Shown here: one piece after another, positions 54,306-64,000 of the stretch
How positions within the stretch are numbered: the stretch's first letter is position 1
Layout of the letters: each line of letters opens with the position of its first letter
Source: Balanoglossus misakiensis
Taxonomy: Eukaryota > Animalia > Hemichordata
Assembly: GCA_040954595.2 (NCBI GenBank)
Contig: CM082598.2
Span: forward strand, 4,157,737 to 4,221,736
Direction: 5' to 3'
Length of the DNA: 64,000 bases
Program-made: the position numbers and the translations under genes
The notes under the pieces: generated by a model
The model's input: only the letters and a program-made list of their open reading frames with translations
Database searches by the model: none
What the model was told of the DNA's origin: nothing

Positions 54306-55962
54306 TCTTGACGATCGATGAGAACAATCTTTAAAAACACTCCTCGCAGTCCTCTCTGCACAAGCATTTGCGATTTGGACACCTACAGGGGGTCAACTTT
54401 ATTTCATTGACACGCCAGATATTTTCCTTGACTTTACCTTTATCGAAGTCCTTGCTTCGTGACTTGATCGAGAAATGATATCAGATGCGGTAGTTGAAGA
54501 TGTCACGCTGCTGCCTAGTGGCCAAGTTGATGATGACGAGTTCAATAACATGTCACCATAGAATTTGCTGCATGAAATAATGACGGCTCCCCTCCAACGC
54601 TCTACGCTGGTCTTTCCGCTGAAATTTGAGAACGGAAACAAATTCGCGATATGGGATTTTGTACAGTGTGTCTCCATGACGACCAATTTCAAAGCAAACG
54701 TTTCCACTGTTCACAAGTTTCTTCAGAATAATAACAAAAAAATCACGAGAAAGAGGAAAAAGCATTGATGGTGAGAGATCATCAAAATCGGTAAAAAACA
54801 ACAAGAAAAGAAAATGTCTGTGAATTGGTAAATGTATTAAATAACTTAGGTAATGACGCGATTTGTATTACGATGAATGAGAAATCACCAGGTGCCAATT
54901 CTTTGATTTGTAACTTTTACAATTGCTTCCCGCTGTAACAATGTATCTTTTCAAGACACACATGCACTGCTCAGGGATATGCTGTTCTCATCTATGGGGA
55001 ACTTTTCTCAGAAATGTGCTTTATCAATGTTAACGGTTCACCTAGTCTTAAAGCGTTTTCAGGAATCTGTTGGCATCAAATACCAATTAAGTATTTCTGA
55101 CACGTTTTGTTGGCAGTGCCATAAGGCCAAAAAAAAATAATATGTGCTGTTCCGATTACATGGTTTTCAAAATAGGGTAGGTAGGTTGGGAATTTTTTTT
55201 TATTTTACTAATTTTTTATATCTTTTTGCCGCTGTATTGTAGAATAATGACGTTATAGTTCTTGCGTGATTCGCGGAATTTGCATAAATTTTGTATATTT
55301 GACATCCTTATATTTACTTCCGGTTTACTTCCGGTTTAGGAAGCTCTAAAACGTTTAGGGTCGGTGGGCTAAAATTTGGGTAGGTCGGGTAATTGGAACA
55401 GCACCTATCTTTAATTTGGCCTAATTACACTTCACAGTAAGCAATGGACAGCTCGTTCTCGATTCTATCAATAGGTTGATCGACATAGCATTTTCTGGTG
55501 TAAATATTTTGCAGATGGGTGCTAGTAGATTTATTTCATCCATCTACTCGTGATACTGTTTATTTGGAAAATATTGTTACATTTCGATATTTCATTACGT
55601 AATTGTTAACATCTTTAATTTATTTTCCCTTTTTGTTGCTAATGTTCTGTAAAATGACAATCATGGCACACAGTTGGTATGTAAAGATTAAAGTAGGTTA
55701 CCAACCAGTTATCCCGGTATTTTGTGGAAGACGTCTTTTTTTTATTTACATTCAGAAGCACCGTGCATGTTGTAGTACACTGCATTTCATGTTTGGTACA
55801 TAGATAGGCAGTTCGGGCAATTTCTATATATACATGTATATACAGTAATTTTCCTCACGGTTTTTTACTTACTCCAGTAATTTTTATTTCAAAGCGAGGC
55901 TATGATATCCTCTTTTTAACGTATTACAATCAGCCTGTTGCTATGACTGGAATGACGCTACA

Positions 55963-58088
55963 ATTTGAAGGTGGCGGCAAATTCAACCGTATCGTTATAT
56001 AAAGTTACGTAAGCGACACAGGTGTACATGTATTGACAATGCGCAGCCTTCCTATTGAGAATTCTTCACTCCGAGGTGTTGAGTACGTAGTGGCGGTTGG
56101 CCCCATGTTTGAATCTATTGGCTGAGGTTTTGAAATCACCTGTCTGTCATTCTATGATGTCATAATTTGAATATGCAAATAGCAAGTCCAGTCACCGGAC
56201 TTGGCGTGATCGACAGATCATTGTGATCGACAGCACCTACGTGACAACATCGCAGCAGTTGAAGTTTAGCCGCTCCAAAAGACTACGCACAGCACATCAC
56301 ATCGGCAGCAGGTATGTACTTCAACAGTTTATACTATTGCTAGTCCTTGCTACATGAAGCTAGCCCTTATTTTCGCGTCGATTTTGTTTTGCTTGATTGT
56401 AAGCGCGTCGCATGTAGTAGATACGATCGACAGACTAGGGTGTGGTTCGCGGGTTTGGGTGTGGTTCGATGGCGGGAACTTTTAGCTTCCCGTTCTGAGC
56501 ATGATCGCGGCTAATTCAAACTTTTCCACCTTATCATGCCGCATGCTGAAAAACTAACAAGTAGTTGAATTGACAAAAAAGACGATTTTGGCGCGGATTT
56601 CTGCAATTTTGACTGTATCGATGTTCGAATTCGGTAAGTGACAGTTACCGCATTTGAGGCAAAATAAGGTCTTTGTCCTGTGTTGTTTTGACTTCTATGG
56701 AAACATCTAACCGATCCTTTCCATTTTTCAATTACAGGAAGACACAAGTCCAGAAAATTAACAAGAAGAGAACAATCTGCGGCCAAAGTTAAGGATTCCT
56801 CGTCATTGTGAGTGACAGCGCCTACGTGACAACATCGAAGCAGTTGAAGTTTAGCCGCCCCAAAATTCTACGCACAGCACATCACATCGGCAGCAGGTAT
56901 GTACTTCAACAGTTTATACTATTGCCAGTCCATGCTACATGAAGCTAGCCCTTATTTCCGCGTCGATTTTGTTTTGCTTGATTGTAAGCGCGTCGCATGT
57001 AGTAGATACGATCGACAGACTAGGGTGTGGTTCGCGGGTTTGGGTGTGGTTCGATGGCGGGAACTTTTAGCTTCCCGTTCTGAGCATCATCGCGGCTAAT
57101 TCAAACTTTTCCACCTTATGAACATGCCGCATACAGAAAAACTAACAAGTAGTTAAATTGACAAAAAGACGATTTGGCGCTGATTTCTGCAATTTTGACA
57201 GTATTGATGTTCGAATTTGGTAAGTGACAGTTACCGCATTTGAGGCAAAATAAGGTCTTTGTCCTGTGTGGTTTTGACTTCTATAGTAATATCTAACCGA
57301 TCCTTTCCATTTTTCAATTACAGGAATACACAATAATGCAAGGAAATCATACGCGGTCTTCGTCCTCCATTGTCCAGTTGAAAAATTAACAGGAAGAGAA
57401 CAATCTGCGGCCAAAGTTAAGGAAGGATTCCCAGTCATATTCGTGAAAATGGAATCAAGTTCTTCATCAAGAGAAATGTACGTTGCAATCCGAAGATTCC
57501 CGTTTTGGAACAAGATCCAAGTTTCTGGTTGGAAGACCTGCAAAGAGAAAGTAAGTCTTGACAACTTTTTTATTGCGTTAAACGTAGGGCCATTGGCGGG
57601 AATAATGTATAGTAAAATGGCTCAAAAAGTTGTTAGCAATACCGAAGGATTCAGAAGCCGCTTTGGTTGCTATTGCTGCAAGCACGCGCATTTTCACGTG
57701 AAAAATCTTCTCATTCCATTGTTTTCTAAAGATTTTCGGCTTCGGGTATTTTCAAAATCTCAGAACTCGTTTAATTTCAACCCCTTTGCCGATTTTGGTT
57801 AAACTTATGCAAGTCATCGAGGAGAATACAGATAACCGTGCACGTGCTTTTGTCTAAAAACAAATCACTTTCGTTTGAGATCACCGTATATAATTTCGCA
57901 ATCATTTTTTTTAATTTTTGATAACCCCGTGTATGATTTCGACATGCTAGCGGCTGTGAAAAAGTTAACGTTTGTAAAATTCTGAAATCTTGGAAATTTC
58001 CGCGCGGATTTTACGGAGCTGACTCGTAGCTGTGAACATTTGCATATGTGTGACGTCACTGGCCAAAGGCGCGAAAAAAATTCCCGCC
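55963..58088 (-). mobile_element. Copy B (inverted) of the 24528-25963 repeat, with an internal ~0.6-kb tandem duplication
   Basis: Segment CATTGTGA..GACAGC.CCTACGTGACAACATCG...CAATCTGCGGCCAAAGTTAAGGA occurs at ~56220-56800 and again at ~56804-57425. Confidence 0.8.
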
Positions 58089-58798
58089 TTTTCGAATTGT
58101 ATTGTTCCGTACTCTTTCTACCCAAATAAACCATGGAAACCTTACATTTCGACTTTGAAATTTATCTTTAGCAAACTTGGCTTGGCAATTTGAATCCTTG
58201 GGTATACCCTAATTAAGGATTTCTTGTCGTGTCTTTAAACATGAACTTCTCGCCATATGGACATATGTTAATACTTCTACTTATGCCCACTGTAGATAGC
58301 ATAAACCGATAAGTTAGTATGAATTGGACACACTTTTGTATTAAATTTGAACGAGTGCTTATAAGGTCCGTGCAACTAAAGAAAACATCCGACACTGGCC
58401 TAAATAAGTTTGATAATTATACTGTGCTTTTAAATGAAACGCTTTGTGGCCTTTTGATACTGCAGGAAACATCTACCCATATCGTAAAACTTTGTAAACA
58501 TTTTAAAGAAAAAGGTATTTGAGAAATATCAAGTCGAGTTTAATTGCACTAGTTTTTTTACAGCTTATCGATATATTTAATTGTTGCTTTAAATAACGCG
58601 TTAAGCAGCGGCTAATAGTCCAAACCATTCCAAATAATTATACATGTACATCTGAAATCATTGAGAGATTTTTCAACTGCTCGAAATTTGAAAAGAGAGG
58701 TTTCAATAGATTACATACCATGTAATACAATTAAAGTTTTGTACCTTAAACTAGAGTCTTATAAAAATCTTTGCACGTACCTTTTGTGCAATAAATTA

Positions 58799-59270
58799 CT
58801 AGCCAGTTTATAAAGTCGGTCTTTTTCGAATAGATAATTTTCCACTTATTGTGAGATTTCGTGAGACTTAATTAATTACCGTAGCAACGGATTTCTAGCC
58901 AATTTATGAAAGTCGGTCTTTTTTTCGAATAGATAATTTTCCACTTATTGTGAGATTTCGTGAAACTTAATTAATTACCGTAGCAACGGATTTCTAGCGA
59001 ATTTATAAAAGTCGGTCTTTTTCGAATAGATAATTTTCCACCCATTGTGAGATCTCGTGAGACTTAATTAATTACCGTAGCAACGGATTTCTAGCCAATT
59101 TATAAAAGTCGGTCTTTTTCGAATAGATAATTTTCCACTTATTGTGAGATCTCGTGAAACTTAATTAATTACCGTAGCAACGGATTTCTAGCCAATTTAT
59201 GAAAGTCGGTCTTTTTTTGAATAGATAATTTTGCACCTTTTGTGAGATTTCGTGATACTTAATTTATTAC
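58799..59270. repeat. ~97-bp tandem repeat, ~5 copies
   Basis: CTAGCC.ATTTAT.AAAGTCGGTCTTTTTCGAATAGATAATTTTCCAC... starts at 58799, 58895, 58994, 59091 and 59188. Confidence 0.92.
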
Positions 59271-59632
59271 GAATATCTGTAAAAATAAAACTCGCTTTAT
59301 TGAACTTGTATGTCTTGAATGTTGTTTTCTTAGGCAAATTTTTGTTAACTTCTGTTCAAATATCTAACTCCAAAGGCATGACAGCTCCCTCGTGACAGCG
59401 CCCTCAAGTGGTGGCTCAGTCAGTACGAGAAATCAGTCATGCCTAAAAAAGAAGCCATGATGTCAATAAATTACAGCAATTTTAGTAAATCTTTATTTTG
59501 TTCTAAAAAAATACACTTCAATTACTCTAATTGGCACACGTTTTTTTTTCATGTACTCAGACGTGGTCTACAGTCATCAAAGATGAATCCAAATTATTTC
59601 GGGTACTGGATGGCTGAAAGAAGAAATACCAG

Positions 59633-59803
59633 GAGCTCTGGAACTCACTACCTTGTGACATTCGTCTAGCTACCAGTTTCGACTCTTTTAAGGGGAAGAT
59701 GAAGACTGACTTGTTTAAAACAGCCTACAGTGTGTGAACAACCATCGGGCGTCACTGAAGAGTTCTCTGGATTTTAGCGCAATGTAAATGTTTTTGATTG
59801 ATT
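59633..59803 (+). mobile_element. 5'-truncated L2/CR1-group LINE 3' end (ORF2 C-terminus plus tail)
   Basis: Translates ELWNSLPCDIRLATSFDSFKGKMKTDLFKTAYSV* (stop 59735-59737), the typical LWNSLP...FK..LKT.LF ORF2 end. A short 3' UTR follows, ending ...GCGCAATGTAAAT...TGATTGATT. Confidence 0.75.
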
Positions 59804-60227
59804 TTTTTATGGAGATCCGCGATTGATATTGGTTATGAAGACTCCCAAAAACATGAAATACTATATTGATTTTTACTATTTGTGACCAACAAAAAGCAAA
59901 TGCTTTTCAAATATATTCTCGTCAGAAATTATGTGGCGCAATGCCCGCGGACTCAATAACACTGAACACTGACTAATTGAATGACTCTAAACCAATTAAT
60001 AAAATATGTATAAAAAATTCCCCCAGACGTCAATACAGCATGTGCAAAAGCAGTTTAGGACTTAAGACATTCTGCTGCACGTGATGTGATAACACATCAC
60101 AAAGCAGCCATCATTAGATCCATATGCACATGCTGTAGATGCAAGACTCAATAGATGGGTAAAAGGTAAGATGATTTGCTGTTAATTGTGTAAGATAATT
60201 TAATAATTTCTGTTGTGATCATTTTAA

Positions 60228-60953
60228 GGTAGTATGCGCCACAAAATTCAGTCTTAAATTTTTTCTTGTTTGTGCTCAAGGCAATGTTAGATTAATCTTG
60301 CAAAATTGAGAATGAAAATTGGGGAAATGGAACCAAATTATCTCAATGAAATAATGATTGTTATGAAAACAAGATGGCTGTATTTCCTTTTTTCTTCTAA
60401 AAGACTCGAACAATTTTATGTAAAGCTTGGAAGAATATCAAACCTTTTCTAAAATTTTACTCTAATTTTACAGCAAAGTCTTTTTTAGAAAATGAAACAT
60501 CATTTTGTTTGTTTCCAAAAACATTCCTAAACAATTCATGTAACACAGAATTGAAAAGTTTGGAAGACTCTAAATTGTTGATAACTTGTTCTTGTATTTT
60601 GCTCACAGCAACTTTATATTATTCTAAATATTGTGAAAAAAATTACGGGCTAAATTGAAAATTTTAAACATAGAAATTTACAGTAACGGTTTCCATGAAA
60701 ATAAGATGAACACCATTTTCGTTTGTTTGTTCCCAAAAAGATTCCTAATCAATTAATGTAGCGCAGAATTGAAAATTTTTGAAGATTCTAAATTGTTTTT
60801 AATTTGGATTTTGCTCAAAGGAACTTTAGATTACTGTCTCTTAAGTCTGAACGATGGGTAAATTGTTTAAAATTTCGAGCTAAAAATTGCTGCCAATTTG
60901 TTTGGAGGACTATCGTTTACTTCGCAGGATTTGACCCTGAAGCGCATACTATC
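60228..60953. mobile_element. ~726-bp TTAA-flanked non-autonomous DNA transposon
   Basis: TTAA|GGTAGTATGCGC ... GCGCATACTATC|TTAA, with an internal direct repeat (~60495-60620 versus ~60700-60830). Confidence 0.75.
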
Positions 60954-61089
60954 TTAAGTAATGTTCTAGTATTAACATTAGCATTTTTATGTCAAACTGT
61001 ATACTAATACTATGGAATACTTCATTTCAAAGACTGGACTCGCGTAACCACTGAAAAAGAATCTCATGCAAAATTCTCAGTGAAATTAA

Positions 61090-62320
61090 ACCACAGGAAT
61101 ATCCAAAATTTGTTTTCATTAGAAATTTATTTCGGACATGTTTACAAGAAAAAGTGAAAATAAAATCACAGGAAAGTTCGTGTTTGTTTACACTAAAATT
61201 TATTTCGGACATGTTTACAAGAAAAAGTGAAAATAAAATCACAGGAAAGTTCGTGTTTGTTTACACTAAAATTTATTTCGGATATGTTTACAAGAAAAAG
61301 TGAAAATAAAATCACAGGAAAGTTCATATTTGTTTTCACAAAAGATTTATTTCGGACATGCTTAAAAGAAAAAGTGAAAATAAAACTATAGGAAAATTCA
61401 AAATTTGTTTACACTAAAATTTATTTCGGACATGTTTTCAAGTAAACGGGAAAATAAAATCACAGGAAAATTCAAAATTTGTTTTCACCAAAAATTTATT
61501 TTGGACATGTTTACAAGAAAAAGTGAAAACAAAACCACAGGAAATTTCAAACTTGGTTTTCTTAAAAGATTTATTTCTAACAACAATGACACGTTTCGAA
61601 GAAAAAGTGAAAATAAAATCACACTAAAATTCAAAAGTTGCTTTCACCAGAAATAAGTTCCAGTCAAAATGAAGTATTCAACGGTACTGTATTTCTCCTG
61701 GTTCAGCTCGGGGGGCCTCATATGATAAATTTCCAAAGGGTGGGAGGGGCTTGCCCTTAGTATGTTTAAAATGGTCTTGTAGCAGATTTGTTGAAACACT
61801 TAGGCAAAAGTAAAGATCATGATATTTATTGAAAAATGAAAGTGACTAATTTTAAATTTATACACTCGCCCAATGTATCAGATGACAGGAAAACACTTAA
61901 CTCCAAAACAAATTGTAGATAAAACTCTATTCCCCACTTCTGCTCGAAACACTAAAATTTACACTAAAATTTATTTCGGACATGTTTAAAAGAAAAATTG
62001 AAAATAAAATCACAGGAAATTTTATATTTGTTTCACAAAAAAAATATTTCGGACATGTTTACAAGAAAAAGTGAAAACAAAATCATAGGAAAATTCAAAA
62101 TTTGACTAAAATTTATTTCGGACACGTTTTGAAGAAAAAGTGAAAATAAAATCACAGGAAAATTAAAAATTTGTTTACACTAAAATTTATTTCGGACATG
62201 TTTTCAAGAAAAAGTGAACATAAAATCACAGGAATGTTCAAAATATTTGTTTTTACTAAAATTTTATTTCGGACATGTTTACAAGGAAAACTGAAAATAA
62301 ACTCATAGGGAAATTCAAAA
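61090..62320. repeat. ~73-bp AT-rich minisatellite in two arrays (~61090-61655 and ~61950-62320)
   Basis: Unit ...ACTAAAATTTATTTCGGACATGTTTACAAGAAAAAGTGAAAATAAAATCACAGGAAA...; TTCGG cores at 61131, 61204, 61277 and onward. Confidence 0.92.
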
Positions 62321-63039
62321 TCAGATGACAAAGAAAAAACTGAACCCCAAAACAAACTGTAGACAGAACTCTAAATTTATTCCCTACGTCTGCTAGAAAT
62401 GCAATTATTGAAGATTTATCTCAACATTTCCTACTTCTACTACATTTGTAGTAAAAAGAAACACAAATAAAAAACGCACAATTTAGAGGGTTGCCTTGGC
62501 CTTAACAGGGGAACTAACCAGGAGCATTATAGTACATGTATTTGTAATGTTGGTCTTCCTATCATTGTTAGCACAATACTCTGCATTTTGCCCAAATTAA
62601 ATGAGACGGTTGCTCTTTTTGACCTTATTTGAGATTTCTTTGCATAAAGTTTCTATTACAAAATTATGACAAGTACATTCAATATTCCATTTTGCCGTAT
62701 GTATGGAGAAAAACTTTGTTTGTTACTACTTCTGGATGAAATCTTCAATTCCATTTTTACTTGAATTTCCAATGCAAATTAAAATTTCCGCAAAGTATAA
62801 AATCAGACATGATATGAGCCTATATGCAGAAATTTAAATTGTTGGTAGGACTTAGAATTTTTCACTGAACGTTTATTACAATTTGTGTCAAGTTGACAAA
62901 AATCAAGCAGGCTAAAACTAATCAAAATTTACCAAGAAAGGTCAAAAGAGCCACACCGTCCCTTTAATACTGTAAGACAATTTCTTCTGTGTTGTGCTGA
63001 CACTTATGATAGGAAAACTGTTTGTGTTTTTGTTTATGT

Positions 63040-63565
63040 GTTTAGGGCAGTCAAGTTAAATCGGGAGGGGTGGTAGCTTAGGGCAGTCGAGTTTAGTCTG
63101 GGGGTGGCAGCTTAGGACATTCGAATTTAGTCGGGGGGGTGGGGGGTGGTAGCTTAGGCGTGTCTAGTGTAATTGGGGGTGTTAGTTTAGGGCAGTCGAG
63201 TTTAATGAGAGGGGGGTAGCTTAGGCATGTCTAGTGTAATTGGGGGGTAGTTTAGGGCAGTCGAGTTTAGTCTGGGGGTGGCAGCTTAGGACAGTCGAAT
63301 TTAGTCGGGGGGGGGGGTGGTAGCTTAGGCGTGTCTAGTGTAATTGGGGGTGTTAGTTTAGGGCAGTCGAGTTTAATGAGAGGGGGGTAGCTTAGGCATG
63401 TCTAGTGTAATTGGGGGGGTAGTTTAGGGCAGTCGAGTTTAGTCTGGGGGTGGCAGCTTAGGACAGTCGAGTTTAGTCTGGGGGGTGGCAGCTTAGTGAG
63501 AGTTTAATCGGGGGGTAGCTTAGGCGTGTCTAGTGTAATTGAGGGGGTGGTAGTTTAGGGCAGTC
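63040..63565. repeat. G-rich satellite: ~33-38-bp monomers in a ~173-bp higher-order repeat
   Basis: GGGCAGTCGAGTTTAGTCTGGGGGTGGCAGCTTAGGACA recurs at 63081, 63255 and 63427, with five monomer variants per period. Confidence 0.85.
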
Positions 63566-63567
63566 GG

Positions 63568-64000
63568 CGGAGGGAGGGAGAGGGAAGGGAAGAGGGAGGG
63601 GGAAGGAAGAGGGAGGGGGAAGGGAAGAGGAAGGGAGGGAGTAAGGGAGGGGAGAGGGAAGAGGGAGGGGGAAGGGAAGAGGGAGGGGGAAGGGAAGAGG
63701 GAGGGAGGGAGTAAGGGAGGGGGAAGGGAAGAGGGAGGGAGGGAGTAAGGGAGGGGGAAGGGAAGAGGGAGGGAGGGGTAAGGGAAGAGGGAGGGGGAAG
63801 GGAAGAGGGAGGGGAAGGGGGAGGGGGAAGGGAAGAGGGAGGGGAAGGGAAGAGGGAGGGAGGGGTAAGGGAAGGGAAGAGGGAGGGAGGGGGAAGGGAA
63901 GGGAAGAGGGAGGGAGGGGTAAGGGAAGAGGGAGGGGGAAGGGAAGAGGGAGGGGGGAAGGGAAGAGGGAGGGGGAGAGGGAAGAGGGAAGAGAGAGAGA
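63568..64000. repeat. Polypurine (GGGA/GGAA) low-complexity tract running off the window
   Basis: >430 nt almost exclusively G/A on the + strand. Confidence 0.95.

Noticed and set aside
56511-58134. ORFs within the dispersed repeat (also 24799-25779) as a transposase
   Set aside because: Frames are not conserved between copies A and B, and no DDE, RT or Rep motif is visible.
58799-62320. Regularly spaced repeats (also 13507-13748) that could suggest CRISPR arrays
   Set aside because: Head-to-tail units with no unique spacers, no cas genes, and a spliceosomal eukaryotic context.
63040-63565. Telomere
   Set aside because: TTAGGG occurs only singly inside longer monomers; there is no tandem hexamer array.

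Overview
Intron-rich, AT-rich animal genomic DNA, most likely an invertebrate deuterostome (hemichordate or echinoderm-like; inferred from gene content only). The ORF track misses most real genes because they are spliced. Manual exon assembly gives, left to right: (1) the 3' part of an EF-hand protein gene (+); (2) TMEM9 (-); (3-4) two tandem Dickkopf-3-like genes with identical intron phases, the first with a ~550-aa acidic, repeat-containing C-terminal tail; (5) a 348-aa uncharacterised ORF; (6) a 75-aa signal-peptide plus single-TM microprotein (-); (7) a 15-exon complement factor B/C2 gene with six CCPs, a vWA domain, a trypsin-type protease, two RGR|I cleavage sites and a GC-AG intron; (8) a secreted three-domain F-type-lectin-fold protein with two highly divergent domains and a Pro/Thr stalk; (9) a class A GPCR (-) with an intronless CDS. 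A ~1.4-kb dispersed repeat occurs in inverted orientation at ~24.5-26.0 kb and ~56.0-58.1 kb, bracketing the Bf/lectin/GPCR block. Introns hold many TTAA- and TA-target MITEs (some nested or chained) and microsatellites. The right end has minisatellites, an L2-type LINE tail, a TTAGGG-containing G-rich higher-order satellite and a polypurine tract. All gene models are hand-built from splice consensus and reading-frame continuity; no database searches were run.
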